Of a stretch of DNA of 64,000 nt, positions 61,511-64,000 are shown piece by piece (position 1 is the first letter of the stretch; every line of letters starts with the position of its first letter). Source of the DNA: Escherichia coli. GTDB lineage: Bacteria; Pseudomonadota; Gammaproteobacteria; Enterobacterales; Enterobacteriaceae. The position numbers were made by a program, and so were the translations under genes. The notes under the pieces are model-generated. The model did no database searches and was not told where the DNA came from. It saw only the letters and a list, made by a program, of their open reading frames with translations. The stretch lies in the NCBI RefSeq assembly GCF_003790525.1, contig NZ_CP033635.1, one strand, 5' to 3'.

Positions 61511-62584
61511 TCACGCTCCCGGCTCTGCGGTCGCCCTGGCCGGTGTGGAGAAATCACCGACCTTAATTTTTTCCACCAGACAACCGGCGGCGTAGTCTTC
61601 CACCACGTAATCAATGTTCATTGACTCGTAGTTCTCCACGCGGTCGAGTTTCGGGTTTTCCACAATCACGCGGCGATGGCTGTCATCCATGTAGTAGATG
61701 GACAGGTTTTCCAGCTTCGTGATGAGCATCGCATCCGCCGGGAAGTACGGGACGCGTACCGCTGGCAGGTTGCCGATGCGTTTCTGGCTGATGATGACGT
61801 CAGCGGCCAGCATTTCGCTGTTGTCCTGCTCCTTGTTGACGATGGGAAAATACTTGTCCGCCAGTAGCTGACGTCCCACAATCACCACAAGGTCAGGGTC
61901 TTCCTGATACCACGGCTCAATCAGGTTGTTGGTCGCATCCATCACCAGTGCATCAAGGCTGGCATAATCACCGCCCTTACCCACGCGGATGACCTCAGAG
62001 GTGGTGTGCCCTTCCTCGTCAGTGACCTTGCTCATCACGCGCGCCGGGGCTTCATTGCGGTATTTCTGCAGCCAGCCGACCGCCACATCCTGCAGCATCG
62101 GATTGCTGCTGCGGTCAGAGGTTTCGGCACGCTTCACGCCGTTAAAACCGGCCATGATGAAATCAAGGGACTGGCGTTTGATAATGGCGTTACGGACACG
62201 GAGCTGGAAATCCTGATAACGCGCCCACAGGTCCAGCGTTTTGTAGCGGATATAAAAATCGAAGTTAATCTGGTCGCATTCGTACTTGTTTGACGCCAGC
62301 TTCGAGAAGTCCTTCGGCTGACGCTCGGTGCCACCGGCGGTGTCGGTGGTGCTGGCGATGGAGCCGGTGACACCAATACCAATTTTTTCCCCTTTCATTT
62401 CGCTGACCGGCACAATGTTGATGCGGGTCAGAAAGTCAGAGGACTCCTGCATGGTGTTCATCAGGGTCTGGGTGACCGACGGTTCAACGGTGAATTTTTT
62501 CGACACATCACCGGCGTCGATGCCGTTCAGTTCGGCAACACGGGACAGGTAGGCATTAAATTTAAAGCGGGTTTCCTGGCGCAT
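61511..62584 (-). CDS. N: Major capsid protein (gpN)
   Basis: 357 aa; position O-N-M. Confidence 0.9.
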   Translation of the reverse strand: MRQETRFKFNAYLSRVAELNGIDAGDVSKKFTVEPSVTQTLMNTMQESSDFLTRINIVPVSEMKGEKIGIGVTGSIASTTDTAGGTERQPKDFSKLASNKYECDQINFDFYIRYKTLDLWARYQDFQLRVRNAIIKRQSLDFIMAGFNGVKRAETSDRSSNPMLQDVAVGWLQKYRNEAPARVMSKVTDEEGHTTSEVIRVGKGGDYASLDALVMDATNNLIEPWYQEDPDLVVIVGRQLLADKYFPIVNKEQDNSEMLAADVIISQKRIGNLPAVRVPYFPADAMLITKLENLSIYYMDDSHRRVIVENPKLDRVENYESMNIDYVVEDYAAGCLVEKIKVGDFSTPARATAEPGA

Positions 62585-62642
62585 AGTTTTTCCTGAAATT
62601 AAGGGTTAATCGTGAAGGTTTTCCCGGACTGACTGACGCCGG

Positions 62643-63497
62643 TCAGCAGTTCGTCATCAGGGCGTCACCGCCACCGCCGGTGGCTTTGCTGCGGCGCTGC
62701 TGGGTCAGACTTTCGGTGTGGTCGAGACTGTTTTTCAGGCGGGTGAATGCCTGACTGGTTTCATCCGCCCTGTCAGTCACATCCTGCTTAAGTGCGGAAA
62801 AGGCGGTTTCCATCTCAGCAAGGCGCTGCTCAGTGGCGCTCAGTTTTTCCTGCACATGCTCAGCGACAGCGGTCACCGCTTCATGCACGTCATTCAGACG
62901 GGCGTCATCGCTGGCCTGTTTGCGGCCAAAAATGGATTTCACCTTTTCGGTCAGGGCGGTGAACACGGTTTCAGGCAGGTCTTCAAATTCCAGCTCAACG
63001 GGCGTTGCCACTGAAATCAGGTTTTCAGGGCTTAATTTGAAGCGGTTCAGGGGGTTGTGTTTTGCCGTGCGGCAGAATTCCAGATATTCCGTGCCGAGGC
63101 TTGCCGGGTCATCGGTGACGGCCAGACCCACCAGATAACATTTGCCGGTGTTGGCAAAGTTCGGCTGAATTTCCATTGAGGTGTAGACCTTCTGTGCGGC
63201 CTTGTTCATCGCGATAAGGTCATCGGTCGGGGTGATTTTCGCAAACAGCGCCCATTTGCCTTTCAGCGCCGAATCATCGTCAATCTTTTCGGCCTTCAGT
63301 TCGACCACATCGCCATAACGTTTAAAAATGCCGTCAGGCAGGATGCCTCGCAGATGTTCCAGGTTAATACGGCAACCATAGACACGCGGGTCAAAGGTTT
63401 CCGCCATTTCCTGAATATCCTGCGCACTGATGACACGCCCGTCACAGGTGTCACCCTCAACGCCGATACGAAAGAATTTTGAGACTTTTTTTGCCAT
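62643..63497 (-). CDS. O: Capsid scaffolding protein (gpO)
   Basis: Start trimmed to MAKKVSKFFRIGVEGDTCDGRVISAQDIQEMAETFDPR. Confidence 0.9.
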   Translation of the reverse strand: MAKKVSKFFRIGVEGDTCDGRVISAQDIQEMAETFDPRVYGCRINLEHLRGILPDGIFKRYGDVVELKAEKIDDDSALKGKWALFAKITPTDDLIAMNKAAQKVYTSMEIQPNFANTGKCYLVGLAVTDDPASLGTEYLEFCRTAKHNPLNRFKLSPENLISVATPVELEFEDLPETVFTALTEKVKSIFGRKQASDDARLNDVHEAVTAVAEHVQEKLSATEQRLAEMETAFSALKQDVTDRADETSQAFTRLKNSLDHTESLTQQRRSKATGGGGDALMTNC

Positions 63498-63670
63498 TGT
63501 CAGGAGTCCTGAATAGTGATTAGAGGAGTCACATGTCGGCATCAGTTTCCCGACGATGCGCATCCTCCGCCATCAGTCCCGGATGGCTTATCACTGACAC
63601 AACAGCACCTTAGCGAATCGCGGGGCGCGACTCAGTAGCCTTGCCGTGTATTCATCACGGCGAGGTATTC

Positions 63671-64000
63671 ATGACCATCACCACAGACACCACTCTTTTA
63701 CACGACCCGCGTCGTCAGGCGGCGCTGCTGTACTGGCAGGGGTTTTCCGTGCCGCAGATTGCCGCCATGTTGCAGATGAAACGCCCGACGGTGCAGAGCT
63801 GGAAACAGCGCGACGGCTGGGACAGCGTTGCCCCCATCAGCCGTGTCGAAATGAGTCTGGAAGCGCGGCTGACCCAGCTCATCATCAAACCGCAGAAAAC
63901 CGGCGGTGACTTCAAGGAAATTGACCTGCTGGGACGCCAGATTGAACGACTGGCACGGGTCAACCGCTACAGTCAGACCGGCAACGAGGCAGACCTTAAT
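63671..64000 (+). CDS. P: Terminase ATPase (large) subunit gpP, N-terminal part (3' end outside window)
   Basis: Frame-2 ORF from the ATG at 63671, open to the window end (MTITTDTTLLHDPRRQAALLYWQGFSVPQIAAMLQM...); divergent from O as in P2; absent from the ORF track because no stop lies in the window. Confidence 0.75.
   Translation, partial: MTITTDTTLLHDPRRQAALLYWQGFSVPQIAAMLQMKRPTVQSWKQRDGWDSVAPISRVEMSLEARLTQLIIKPQKTGGDFKEIDLLGRQIERLARVNRYSQTGNEADLN

Larger units (their letters stand above)
43318..64000 (-). mobile_element. P2-like prophage, late-gene/structural half (continues beyond the window end; left boundary uncertain)
   Basis: Collinear P2 order ogr-D-U-T-E-FII-FI-[cargo]-G-H-I-J-W-V-[cargo]-S-R-lysCBA-K-Y-X-L-M-N-O with P divergent. 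Confidence 0.9.

Overview
This window reads as an Escherichia coli-type chromosome segment matching the K-12 fsaB-gldA ... pfkA-fieF neighbourhood in reverse orientation, interrupted by three accessory insertions and ending in a P2-like prophage. Core genes recognised from the translations: fsaB (partial), gldA, yijF, yijE, katG, metF, metL, metB, metJ, yiiX, rpmE, priA, cytR, ftsN, hslV, hslU, menA, rraA, zapB, glpF, glpK, glpX, fpr, uspD, yiiS, yiiR, yiiQ, tpiA, cdh, sbp, pfkA, fieF. Accessory content, judged against my recollection of K-12 gene order (not a database search): (1) a ~7.8 kb island between metF and metL with three signal-peptide 5'-nucleotidase (UshA-family) paralogs, one split by a frameshift, a Tsx-like nucleoside channel and a Cys-rich unknown ORF; (2) a ~1.5 kb AT-rich islet between rraA and zapB with two tandem paralogous membrane proteins; (3) an intact IS4 with a 13-bp target duplication inserted into a hairpin immediately beside ogr at the prophage right end; (4) the late-gene half of a P2-like prophage (ogr, D, U, T, E, FII, FI, G, H, I, J, W, V, S, R, lysCBA, K, Y, X, L, M, N, O, P partial). 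The prophage carries two AT-rich cargo genes at the classic P2 moron positions: G/FI (the Z/fun slot) and S/V (the orf30 slot). These two genes are the best candidates for an uncharacterised phage-exclusion function, with the rraA-zapB pair and the nucleotidase/Tsx island next. No tRNA, rRNA or CRISPR array was seen. All calls come from reading the sequence and ORF translations; no searches were run.
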